A DNA stretch of 64,000 nucleotides from Peptoniphilaceae bacterium (GTDB lineage Bacteria > Bacillota > Clostridia > Tissierellales > Peptoniphilaceae), in NCBI GenBank assembly GCA_022769085.1, contig JALEKO010000001.1, forward strand, positions 21,135 through 85,134, read 5' to 3'. Below the pieces are notes generated by a model. That model searched no databases. It was given only the letters and a program-made list of their open reading frames with translations, and was not told the DNA's origin. How positions within the stretch are numbered: the first letter of the stretch is position 1; each line of letters opens with the position of its first letter. Shown here in pieces: positions 9,695 through 18,745 of the stretch. Position numbers and translations under genes: made by a program.

Positions 9695-11056
9695 ATGAAA
9701 AAAGTTGCAAAATTTGGTGGATCTTCTGTTGCAAATGCAAATCAAATAAAAAAAGTTGTAAATATTGTAAAAAATGATAAAGAAATTAAAGCGCTTGTTG
9801 TAAGTGCACCAGGAAAGAGATTTGATAAAGATATAAAAGTTACCGATTTATTAATACAAATTTATACTGAATACATTAATAAAAGTGATCAGTATTTAAG
9901 AACATTAAAAGATATTCTTCAAAGATATGAAGATATATGTAATGATCTTAAAATAGATAATTCAATAATAATTGAATTTGAAAATACAATTCTATCATAT
10001 TTTGAAAATATCGATGACTTATTTTATCTTAAAAATGCGATTTTATCGTGTGGAGAAAATTTTAATGCTCAGATAATAAATTTATATTTAAATAGTCAAA
10101 ATATAAAATCAAAATTTTTATCCCCAAAAGAAGCGGGAATTACACTTATAAATACAATGGAACAACCGATTATAGATGAAATTACATATAAAAATTTAAA
10201 TAGATTTGAAGATTTTAATGATATTCTTGTTGTTCCTGGATTTTTTGGATATAGCCAAAATAATGAAATACTAACATTTTTAAGGGGTGGATCAGATATT
10301 ACAGGTGCAATTGTTGCAAGAGGAATAAATGCAGATATATACGAGAATTACACCGATCAATCATATATTTATTCAGCAGATCCAAATATAATAGATTCTC
10401 CAAAACCTGTAAAAAATATTTCTTTTGAAGAAATGAGAGAGCTTTCTTATAATGGTTTTGGAATTTTTCAAGAAGATGCAGTGGAACCTTTGCTAAATAC
10501 AAATATAAATATACAAGTAAAAAATACAAATGATCCCTATATTGGTGGAACAGTAATTTCTGCAAAAAGAAAAGATACAGATAAAAATAAAATAGTTGGA
10601 ATTAGTTGTGTTGATAATATGATTTCATTTAATGTAACAGAATATCTATTAAATAGAAAATCAGGATATACAAATAGACTTCTTGATATTTTTAGATACA
10701 ATCATATCTCAATTGAACATATACCAACAGGAATTGATTCGATTTCTGTAATTTTTAAGGAAGAACAGATTAAAAGCAAAGCTCATAAGGAAACACTAAT
10801 AAACAACATAAAAAACACTTTCAATCTTGATGATTTGAGTGTAAAAGAACATTTATCATCAATTGCAATTGTAGGAAGTGGAATAAATGAAAATAGAGTT
10901 GATATTCTGTATGAAATAATTTCAATACTTAAAAAAGAAAAAATAAATATTGAATATCTTATACAGGGTGCATCAAAGACAAGTATATTTATAATTGTTG
11001 AAAATAAATTTTCTAAAAAAGCTTTGAGTAAATTATATGAAAGTCTTTTTAAATAA
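9695..11056 (+). CDS. lysC: Aspartate kinase
   Basis: 453 aa with a KFGGSSV N-terminal kinase motif and C-terminal ACT-like region. Divergent from the lysine operon. No riboswitch is visible in its own leader. Confidence 0.85.
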   Translation: MKKVAKFGGSSVANANQIKKVVNIVKNDKEIKALVVSAPGKRFDKDIKVTDLLIQIYTEYINKSDQYLRTLKDILQRYEDICNDLKIDNSIIIEFENTILSYFENIDDLFYLKNAILSCGENFNAQIINLYLNSQNIKSKFLSPKEAGITLINTMEQPIIDEITYKNLNRFEDFNDILVVPGFFGYSQNNEILTFLRGGSDITGAIVARGINADIYENYTDQSYIYSADPNIIDSPKPVKNISFEEMRELSYNGFGIFQEDAVEPLLNTNINIQVKNTNDPYIGGTVISAKRKDTDKNKIVGISCVDNMISFNVTEYLLNRKSGYTNRLLDIFRYNHISIEHIPTGIDSISVIFKEEQIKSKAHKETLINNIKNTFNLDDLSVKEHLSSIAIVGSGINENRVDILYEIISILKKEKINIEYLIQGASKTSIFIIVENKFSKKALSKLYESLFK

Positions 11057-11093
11057 AAAATTTCATATAAACATATAATTTTTTACTTTTTTC

Positions 11094-11141
11094 ACAAAAA
11101 AATGTACCAGAAAGTTAAAAACCTTTTGGTACATTTTTTAT
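11094..11141. terminator. Bidirectional terminator (lysC / repeat protein)
   Basis: Hairpin aatgtacca/tggtacatt flanked by an A-run and a T-run. Confidence 0.6.
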
Positions 11142-11151
11142 AATTTATAAA

Positions 11152-12468
11152 TTAAATTTCTTCTATATTTAAAATTCCATTTTCATCAGTTTTGTATATT
11201 TTACCATCTATTATTTCTTGGTCATTTACCATAAGCTTTCCATCAGACGAAAAATAATAATTTTCTCCATCTATTTCATAAATCCCTTTTGCAATGTTTG
11301 AATCATCTTTTGCGTAGTATTTATCATTTCCTGATGTTATAAACTGATTTTTCACATATGAGAATTCGCCGTAGTTATTAAAATGGTATGCCTTAGAAGA
11401 TTTAATAAGATATGAATTTCTAAGAATTCCATTTTTTTCAGTTATATAAAAAAGGTTGTCATCTATTTTTTGAAATCCTAAAAGAAGTTTTCCATCATTT
11501 TCAACATACCAACTTTTTTTGCCTATTCCAACCCGTCTATTTTGTGGATTAGTTATATTTCCATTTTTATCAGATATCCAGAATTTTTTATCAGAAATGA
11601 ATTTAAAATCTTTTTTTATTCCATCTTCTTTTGTAAAAAAATAAAATTTATCATCTATTTTGTATAAGCCTTCTAAGACATTGCCATCTTTATCGGTATA
11701 CCATTTTTTATCTGATATGTTAACCCAGCTATTTTTAGGATTTGTAGCATTTCCATTTTCATCAAAAACCCAAAACTTTTCACCATCAATTAGGGAAGAA
11801 TTTTTTATCAAACCTTCTTTTTCAGTAAAATAATATGTTTTTGCATCTATAGTATTAAAGCCTTTTAAGATTTTTCCATTTTCATCTACATACCAAGATA
11901 GCTCACCGATATTTACCCATGAATTTTTGGGAATGCTTATTTTACCATGTGAATTTATACTATAAAAATTATCTTTGTAAATTAAATTTTTATTCTTTTC
12001 AAGTTTTCCATTTTCAGAAAAAATGTAAAGTTCATCTGAAAGTTTTTGAATACCAGTAATTATATTTCCATTAGAGTCTACATAGTAATCATCATTTTCT
12101 ACACAAGCCCATGAATTTTTAAGCTTTTTACAAATTCCTCTGTTATTAATATTAAAAATATTATTACCATCTAAAATATTTTTATTTCTAATTTTCTTAT
12201 TGTCTTTAAAATAAAAAGTATTACCTTCAAATTCAAAAAAACCGTCGTGAAATTTATTATCATTAATTTCATTTTCTGTATTTGATTTTTCTATGAGCTT
12301 TTCTTTAATATCATTTTTATCTAATACTTTTGCCGTATTTTTTTCATTTTCATTATCTGATTTTGAATTTAAAGAAATATCATCATTTTCTTCTACCGGA
12401 TCTATTCTTTTGGTTTGATAATTTTCACTATTTAATTTTTCTTTATTTTTTTTAACTTTTCTAAACAA
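11152..12468 (-). CDS. Choline-binding/cell-wall-binding repeat (CW_binding_1-type) protein with no signal peptide
   Basis: 438 aa. More than 10 tandem ~20-aa repeats of the form NSWVxxxxxWYYVDxNGxxLxG. TTG start with an AGGAG RBS. An in-frame stop lies 3 codons upstream, so no longer N-terminus is possible. Confidence 0.75.
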   Translation of the reverse strand: MFRKVKKNKEKLNSENYQTKRIDPVEENDDISLNSKSDNENEKNTAKVLDKNDIKEKLIEKSNTENEINDNKFHDGFFEFEGNTFYFKDNKKIRNKNILDGNNIFNINNRGICKKLKNSWACVENDDYYVDSNGNIITGIQKLSDELYIFSENGKLEKNKNLIYKDNFYSINSHGKISIPKNSWVNIGELSWYVDENGKILKGFNTIDAKTYYFTEKEGLIKNSSLIDGEKFWVFDENGNATNPKNSWVNISDKKWYTDKDGNVLEGLYKIDDKFYFFTKEDGIKKDFKFISDKKFWISDKNGNITNPQNRRVGIGKKSWYVENDGKLLLGFQKIDDNLFYITEKNGILRNSYLIKSSKAYHFNNYGEFSYVKNQFITSGNDKYYAKDDSNIAKGIYEIDGENYYFSSDGKLMVNDQEIIDGKIYKTDENGILNIEEI

Positions 12469-12595
12469 AATAAACTCCTATTTTTATTAATTAAATTATA
12501 TTATATAGTCCATTTATTCTCAAATTTAATTTATAAAGCTTAAAAAAAAATATTTACTGTGTTATAATTAAGTAAATATTTCAAAAGGAGATTTT

Positions 12596-13150
12596 ATGAA
12601 AAAAGTTTTTACAACAATACTGATTGCAGTAATAGCACTTTCTGTAATTTTTATACCAAGTTATAACTCACTTGTAACTCAGAAAGAGGAAGTGAACGGT
12701 CAATGGGCACAAGTTGAAAATCAATTAAAAAGAAGATCAGATTTAATACCAAATATTGTAAATACAGTAAAAGGATATGCAAATCATGAAAATAAAACTT
12801 TCACAGAACTTGCAAAAGCAAGAAGTGGAATAGAAGATGCAAAAACAATTGAAGAATATGAAGATGCAAATAAAGATATGGATAAAGCACTTGCAAATTT
12901 AAATGTAGTTGTTGAAGCATATCCAGAGCTTAAAGCAGATAAAAGTTTTGAAAATCTTCAAGTAAATCTTGAAGGAACAGAAAATAGAATTTCAACTGAA
13001 AGAATGAGATACAACGAACTTGTAAAAAAATACAATACAAATGTAAAAAAATTTCCAAAAAATATTATAGCAACAATTTTGGGATTTTCTTCAATGAATT
13101 ATTTTCAAATTGATAAAGCAGATTCAGAAGTGCCGTCGGTGAGCTTTTAA
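12596..13150 (+). CDS. lemA: LemA family membrane protein
   Basis: 184 aa with an N-terminal TM segment followed by YNSLV..QVENQLKRRSDLIPN, typical of LemA. Confidence 0.85.
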   Translation: MKKVFTTILIAVIALSVIFIPSYNSLVTQKEEVNGQWAQVENQLKRRSDLIPNIVNTVKGYANHENKTFTELAKARSGIEDAKTIEEYEDANKDMDKALANLNVVVEAYPELKADKSFENLQVNLEGTENRISTERMRYNELVKKYNTNVKKFPKNIIATILGFSSMNYFQIDKADSEVPSVSF

Positions 13151-13154
13151 TTAA

Positions 13155-13958
13155 ATGAAAAAAAAATTTTTAGTATTACTTTTTTTCATTTTAATACCAT
13201 TTTTTTCTTTTGCGGAAGATGAATACCCTAATAATTCAGATTTTGACGGCTATGTTTACGATGAGGTGGGTATACTTTCACAAGAAGATAAAGACTACAT
13301 CAATAATGTAAATGATGAACTTAAAGAAAAAACAAATGCTGAAATTGCTATACTTATAAAAGAACAAATAGATGAAGAACTTGCTAGTTATAAAACAAAA
13401 GCATTCGAAAAATTAAAAATTGGTTCTGAAAAAAAAGACAACGGATTACTTCTTGTAATAGATTATAATGATCATGAAATAGGAATAGAGACAGGCTATG
13501 AAACAGAAGGTTTTATAACAGATATAGAATCATCTAATATAATTGATAATATGGCCGATGTTATAAATTCAGAAAATTTGAAACAAGGAGTAATATCAGG
13601 ATTTAATGAAATACTTGATAAATATAAAAAAGAATACAATGTTAAAATAAATTTACCAGAAAAGTACGATAATTATGAAAGCACAGAAAATGAATTTTCA
13701 TTATCATTAGTAATTTTTTTGATTTTTATATTTTTGATATTTAGAAGACCGCTTTTTTATGTCTTACTTAGAGGTTTTTTTACGCCACAAAGGAGAAGAA
13801 AAAGAAGAAATATAGAAATTTTTGATGATGATGACGATTTCTTTTCAGGATTTGGAGGATTTTCTGGGGGATCTTTTTCGTCAGGCTCATCAGGCTCATC
13901 AGGATCGTCATTTGGAGGAGGTTCAAGTGGTGGAGGAGGAGCTACAGGCGGTTGGTAA
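13155..13958 (+). CDS. TPM-domain protein with TM segment and Gly/Ser-rich tail
   Basis: 267 aa with a signal peptide, TPM-like domain (VYDEVGILS..), TM segment and a GGFSGGSFSSGSSGSSGSS tail. lemA-TPM is a common gene pair. Confidence 0.75.
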   Translation: MKKKFLVLLFFILIPFFSFAEDEYPNNSDFDGYVYDEVGILSQEDKDYINNVNDELKEKTNAEIAILIKEQIDEELASYKTKAFEKLKIGSEKKDNGLLLVIDYNDHEIGIETGYETEGFITDIESSNIIDNMADVINSENLKQGVISGFNEILDKYKKEYNVKINLPEKYDNYESTENEFSLSLVIFLIFIFLIFRRPLFYVLLRGFFTPQRRRKRRNIEIFDDDDDFFSGFGGFSGGSFSSGSSGSSGSSFGGGSSGGGGATGGW

Positions 13959-13965
13959 AATAGAC

Positions 13966-14007
13966 GAGATTTTCTTTATTAAAATAAAAAAGAAAATCTC
14001 TTTTTTT
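13966..14007 (+). terminator. Intrinsic terminator after the TPM gene
   Basis: Hairpin gagattttctt/aagaaaatctc plus T7. Confidence 0.6.
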
Positions 14008-14361
14008 ATTAAATAAATTTTCATATAAATTTTTTTAAAAAATCAAAAAAAATTAGGGAAAATAAAAATTTAAAAAATTACATAATTTTTAAAAAATAGA
14101 AAATTTAAAAACAAAATAATTTTAATTAATAAAATATATAAATTAAAAAAAACAAATAAAAAAAATATGAAAAATTAAAAAGAAAATAAATTTTAAAAAA
14201 GCACAAAACAAGCTATTTTATATTGAACAAGAAAATATTAACATAAAATTATGTAGAAAATTAGTGGATAAATTTTTTTTAAAAAAAGAAAAAAATAAAA
14301 CTTTAAAATTAAAAATTAGATACTATAATAAATCAGTAATTGAACGAAAGGAGTTACAACA

Positions 14362-15546
14362 ATGCAAAGATATATAGGTACAAGATCAATAGGAATCAGA
14401 ACACCGATCGTAAAAGAGGGAGATGATTTGGTAAAAATAGTTTCCGAGTCAATAAAAAATGCCGTAGAAACTCACAATTTAGAGTTACATGACAGAGATG
14501 TGATTACAGTCACAGAATCTTTGGTTGCAAGAACTCAAGGAAATTATGCTACAATCGATCAAATAGCAAAAGACATAAATAACAAATTTGATTCAGATAC
14601 TATAGCAATTCTTTTTCCAATTCTTTCTAGAAATAGATTTTCAGTTCTTTTAAGAGCATTTGCAAAATCAGGGAAAAAACTTATAATTTGTCTTTCATAT
14701 CCTCAAGATGAAGTTGGAAATTCATTAATGGATGAAGAAGTTCTTTATGATTCAGGAATAAATCCTTATACAGATGTTTTAGATCTTGAAGGATATAGAA
14801 AATTAGTAGGTTCTTCATACAAACATGAATTTACAGGTGTTGATTATGTTGAATTTTATCAACAAATTGCTCCAAATAGCGAAGTATATTTCTTTAATGA
14901 TGCAAGAAAAGTTCTTGATTATACAGATGAAATTTTGGTTTCTTCAATTCATACAAGAAATAAATACAAAAGACAACTTAAAGATGCTGGTGCAAAAGTA
15001 GTTTTAGGACTTGATGAAATTTTAAATAGTTCAGTAGATGGATCAGGATTTAACCCAGATTACGGTTTATTAGGAACAAACCTTTCTACAGAAGGAAAAG
15101 TAAAATTATTCCCAAGAGACGGACAAAAATTTGTAGATGCATTACAGGAAAAATTAATTTCAATGTTTAATAAAAATATCGAAGTAATGATTTATGGAGA
15201 CGGTGCATTTAAAGACCCTATAGGAAAAATTTGGGAACTTGCAGATCCTGTAGTTTCACCTGCTTATACAAAAGGACTTGTTGGAACTCCTAATGAGATA
15301 AAAATCAAATATGTTGCAGATAATGAACTTGGCAATTTAAGTTCTGAAGAACTTCAAGAAAAAATGAAGGAAAAAATCAGAGAAAAAGATGACGACTTAA
15401 AAGGACAGGATGATACACTTGGAACAACACCAAGAGCACTTACAGATCTTTTAGGTTCACTTTCAGATTTAACAAGTGGATCTGGAGATAAAGGAACTCC
15501 TGTAATTTTAATTCAAGGATATTTTGATAATTATTCAGATAATTAA
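14362..15546 (+). CDS. CofE-like (F420-0:gamma-glutamyl ligase family, COG1478-like) protein
   Basis: 394 aa. N-terminal RTPIVKEGDDLVKIV and C-terminal GSGDKGTPVILIQGY resemble the two ends of archaeal CofE as I recall them. There is a large central insertion. RBS AAGGAG. Not verified by a search. Confidence 0.5.
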   Translation: MQRYIGTRSIGIRTPIVKEGDDLVKIVSESIKNAVETHNLELHDRDVITVTESLVARTQGNYATIDQIAKDINNKFDSDTIAILFPILSRNRFSVLLRAFAKSGKKLIICLSYPQDEVGNSLMDEEVLYDSGINPYTDVLDLEGYRKLVGSSYKHEFTGVDYVEFYQQIAPNSEVYFFNDARKVLDYTDEILVSSIHTRNKYKRQLKDAGAKVVLGLDEILNSSVDGSGFNPDYGLLGTNLSTEGKVKLFPRDGQKFVDALQEKLISMFNKNIEVMIYGDGAFKDPIGKIWELADPVVSPAYTKGLVGTPNEIKIKYVADNELGNLSSEELQEKMKEKIREKDDDLKGQDDTLGTTPRALTDLLGSLSDLTSGSGDKGTPVILIQGYFDNYSDN

Positions 15547-15556
15547 AATAGAAAAG

Positions 15557-15587
15557 TCTGTGAATATTTTTATTCGCAGATTTTTTA
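15557..15587 (+). terminator. Intrinsic terminator after the CofE-like gene
   Basis: Hairpin tctgtgaat/attcgcaga plus T6. Confidence 0.6.
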
Positions 15588-15643
15588 ATTAAATGTAATT
15601 ACCAGTTACAGACATAATTTAATAAATCAAAAGAATTTTTTAA

Positions 15644-15682
15644 TACCATAGTAGATTAAAAGCTAACTATGGTATTTTTTTA
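15644..15682 (+). terminator. Second, orphan terminator-like hairpin
   Basis: Perfect 10-bp stem ataccatagt/actatggtat plus T7, about 60 nt after the previous terminator. Confidence 0.45.
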
Positions 15683-15822
15683 TATTTATTCATCACTTAA
15701 TTTATATGTATAGTAATTTTCAAAATAGCATGTATAAATTTTGATTATTTTTTACAAATTTGTTTTTTCTATTGAATAAAGTATATTTAAAGAAAATACT
15801 TTATCACACGAAAGAGGCAAAA

Positions 15823-17751
15823 ATGGGAAAATCTTTAACTTATAAAATTATTGAAAATCATCTTTTAAGCGGAAACCTTAAAGCAGGTAGTCCTATAACA
15901 TTAAAAGTAAATCAAACACTTACTCAAGATTCAACAGGAACAATGGTATATCTTGAGCTAATGGCAATGGATATTGATAAAGTTAAAACCGATTTATCCG
16001 TTGCATACATAGATCATAACATGCTTCAGTCAGGTTTTGAAAATGCTGATGATCATGAATTTATAAAAACATCTGCAAATAAATATGGAATTATTTTTTC
16101 AAAACCAGGTGGAGGAATTTGTCATCAAGTACATTTAGAAAAATTTTCAAAACCAGGAATTGTTCTAATTGGTTCTGATTCACATACGCCAACAAGTGGT
16201 GCAATGGCGGCTTTAGCAATTGGTGCAGGAGGAGTTGATGTGGCAGTTGCAATGGCAAATGGCTATTACAATTTAAATATGCCTAAAGTATATAATGTTG
16301 TTCTTTCAGGCAAACTTAAAAATGGATGTAATGGAAAAGATGTAATTTTAGAAATTTTAAAAAGGCTTTCTGTTAAAGGTGGAACAGGATATGTAATGGA
16401 ATATTCAGGAGATGGAATAAAAAATTTATCTGTTACTGATAGAGCCACAATATGTAATATGGGTGCTGAACTTGGAGCTACAAGTTCTATTTTCCCATCT
16501 GATGAGAATACAAAAGAATATTTAAAAAGACAGGGAAGAGAAGAAGATTTTCTACCTCTTTGTGCAGATTTTGATGCACATTATGATGAAGTAATTCATA
16601 TTGATTTAGATAAATTAAATCCTTTAGTTGCAAAACCTCATCTTCCAGATAATGTTGCAGATGTTTCTGAAATTAAAGGTCTTAAAGTAGACCAAATTTG
16701 TATTGGTTCATGTACAAATTCGTCATATTCTGACATGATGAAAGTTGCAAAAATTTTAGATGGTAAAAAAGTAAATGAAAATGTATCGCTTACAATAAGC
16801 CCAGGTTCTGCAAATATATTAAGAATATTAAGTGAAAATGGAGCTTTATCAAAAATGATTGCATCTGGTGCAAGAATTTTGGAATCAGGATGTGGTCCTT
16901 GTATTGGAATGGGTCAGTCGCCAAAATCAAATGCTGTAAGTTTACGTACTTTTAATAGAAATTTCAAAGGTAGAAGTGGAACAATGAATGCAGATGTTTA
17001 TTTAGTAAGCCCTGAAGTTGCAGCATTTTCTGCTATAAATGGATATGTAACTGAACCAGATAAAAATTTTAATCTTACAATCAAAGAACCCGATTCCTAT
17101 GGAAAAACAGATTCATACTTAGTTTATCCTGACGGAAAAAATAATGAAATAGTTATGGGACCTAATATAAAGCCTTATCCTGTTGGAAAAGAACTTAGTG
17201 AAAAAATTGAAAAGAAAGTAGTTTTTAAAGCAGGTGACAATATTACAACTGATGATATATGTCCATCAAATGCAAAACTTCTTCCATTAAGATCAAATAT
17301 TCCAGAGCTTTCTAAATACGCATTTACAACTAAAATAGATGATTTTAAACAAAGATGTGAAAAAAACAATGGCGGAATTATTGTTGCAGGAGAAAATTAC
17401 GGTCAAGGATCATCAAGAGAACATGCTGCTCTTTTACCTTTGTATTTGGGAATAAAAGTAGTTATTGCAAAATCTTTTGCAAGAATTCATAAACAAAATT
17501 TAATAAATTCTGGAATTATTCCTTTAACATTTAAAAATGAAGATGACTATGATAAAATAAATGAATTTGACACTTTGGTATTAAATAATCTGTTAGAAGG
17601 TGTTAAAAATAGTGAAGAATTGACTTTATATAATGAAAGTAAAAATGAAAATTATACACTTTTACTTAATGCATCTCAAAGAGATAGAGAAATTTTAAAA
17701 GTAGGTGGTTATTTAACATACGAAAAAAATCAGGGAGGAAAAAATGCATAA
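15823..17751 (+). CDS. acn: Aconitate hydratase
   Basis: IGSDSHT, GSCTNSS and CGPCIG Fe-S cluster motifs. The start is moved to the ATG at 15823 (MGKSLTYK.., RBS AAGAGG). Confidence 0.85.
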   Translation: MGKSLTYKIIENHLLSGNLKAGSPITLKVNQTLTQDSTGTMVYLELMAMDIDKVKTDLSVAYIDHNMLQSGFENADDHEFIKTSANKYGIIFSKPGGGICHQVHLEKFSKPGIVLIGSDSHTPTSGAMAALAIGAGGVDVAVAMANGYYNLNMPKVYNVVLSGKLKNGCNGKDVILEILKRLSVKGGTGYVMEYSGDGIKNLSVTDRATICNMGAELGATSSIFPSDENTKEYLKRQGREEDFLPLCADFDAHYDEVIHIDLDKLNPLVAKPHLPDNVADVSEIKGLKVDQICIGSCTNSSYSDMMKVAKILDGKKVNENVSLTISPGSANILRILSENGALSKMIASGARILESGCGPCIGMGQSPKSNAVSLRTFNRNFKGRSGTMNADVYLVSPEVAAFSAINGYVTEPDKNFNLTIKEPDSYGKTDSYLVYPDGKNNEIVMGPNIKPYPVGKELSEKIEKKVVFKAGDNITTDDICPSNAKLLPLRSNIPELSKYAFTTKIDDFKQRCEKNNGGIIVAGENYGQGSSREHAALLPLYLGIKVVIAKSFARIHKQNLINSGIIPLTFKNEDDYDKINEFDTLVLNNLLEGVKNSEELTLYNESKNENYTLLLNASQRDREILKVGGYLTYEKNQGGKNA

Positions 17752-18745
17752 CGTAACTTTAATAGAGGGTGATGGAATAGGCCCTGAAATTTGTAGATCT
17801 CTTTTAGAAGTTTCAAAAGCTATGAATTTGGATATTAATTTTGAAAAAGTAAATGCTGGAAAAGTTGCATTTGAACAGTTTGGAGAGCTTATTCCTCAAA
17901 ATGTATATGATTCAATTGAAAAAAATAAAGTTGCAATAAAAGGTCCTGTAACAACCCCGATAGGTGAAGGATTTAGATCTGTAAATGTATATCTTAGAAA
18001 AAAATATGATCTTTATGCAAATATAAGACCAGTAATTTCTTTTCCAAAAATAGAAACACCTTTTAAAAATGTAGATATAACAGTATTTAGAGAAAACACT
18101 GAAGATTTATATGCTGGAATTGAAGAAATTTCAGAAGATGGAAATACTGCAAAAAGTATTAAAATAATTACACGAGAAAAAAGCGAAAGAATTGCAAAAA
18201 AAGCATTTGAATTTGCAAAAGCAAATAAAAAAGAAAAAGTCACAGTAGTTACAAAGGCAAATATAATGAAATATTCAGATGGACTTTTTTTAGATGTTGC
18301 AAGAGAAGTTTCGAAAAATTACAAAGAAATAGAACTTGAAGAAGTTTTAATAGATAATATGTGCATGCAACTTGTTTCAAATCCGTCTAAATATCAAGTA
18401 ATACTTACTGAAAATTTATATGGAGATATACTTTCAGATTTATGTGCAGGCTTAACTGGTGGGCTTGGTCTTGTACCAGGAGCAAATGTAGGAGATGATA
18501 TAGCCTTATTTGAATCTGTTCACGGTTCTGCACCTGATATTGCAAATAAAGGGATTGCAAATCCTACGGCACTTCTTTTAAGTTTTTGTATGCTACTAGA
18601 CTATATAGATTTAAGAGATGATGCTGAAAAATTAAGAAGTTCAATTAAGAAAACTCTCCTTGATAAAAATAATTTTACTAAAGATCTTGGAGGAAATTTA
18701 ACTACACAAATGTATACTGAAAAAATTATTGAGAATTTGGGGTGA
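17744..18745 (+). CDS. icd: Isocitrate dehydrogenase (isocitrate/isopropylmalate dehydrogenase family)
   Basis: 333 aa with an NLYGDILSD motif. Overlaps the acn stop. Assigned to isocitrate from its position between aconitase and citrate synthase. Confidence 0.75.
   Translation: MHNVTLIEGDGIGPEICRSLLEVSKAMNLDINFEKVNAGKVAFEQFGELIPQNVYDSIEKNKVAIKGPVTTPIGEGFRSVNVYLRKKYDLYANIRPVISFPKIETPFKNVDITVFRENTEDLYAGIEEISEDGNTAKSIKIITREKSERIAKKAFEFAKANKKEKVTVVTKANIMKYSDGLFLDVAREVSKNYKEIELEEVLIDNMCMQLVSNPSKYQVILTENLYGDILSDLCAGLTGGLGLVPGANVGDDIALFESVHGSAPDIANKGIANPTALLLSFCMLLDYIDLRDDAEKLRSSIKKTLLDKNNFTKDLGGNLTTQMYTEKIIENLG

Noticed and set aside
14263-14271. DnaA-box-like 9-mer (reverse complement TTATCCACT) inside the 400-bp A/T-rich tract, raising the idea of an origin or DUE
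   Set aside because: It is a single 8/9 match with no cluster of boxes and no dnaA, dnaN or other origin-linked genes nearby. A chance occurrence is plausible.
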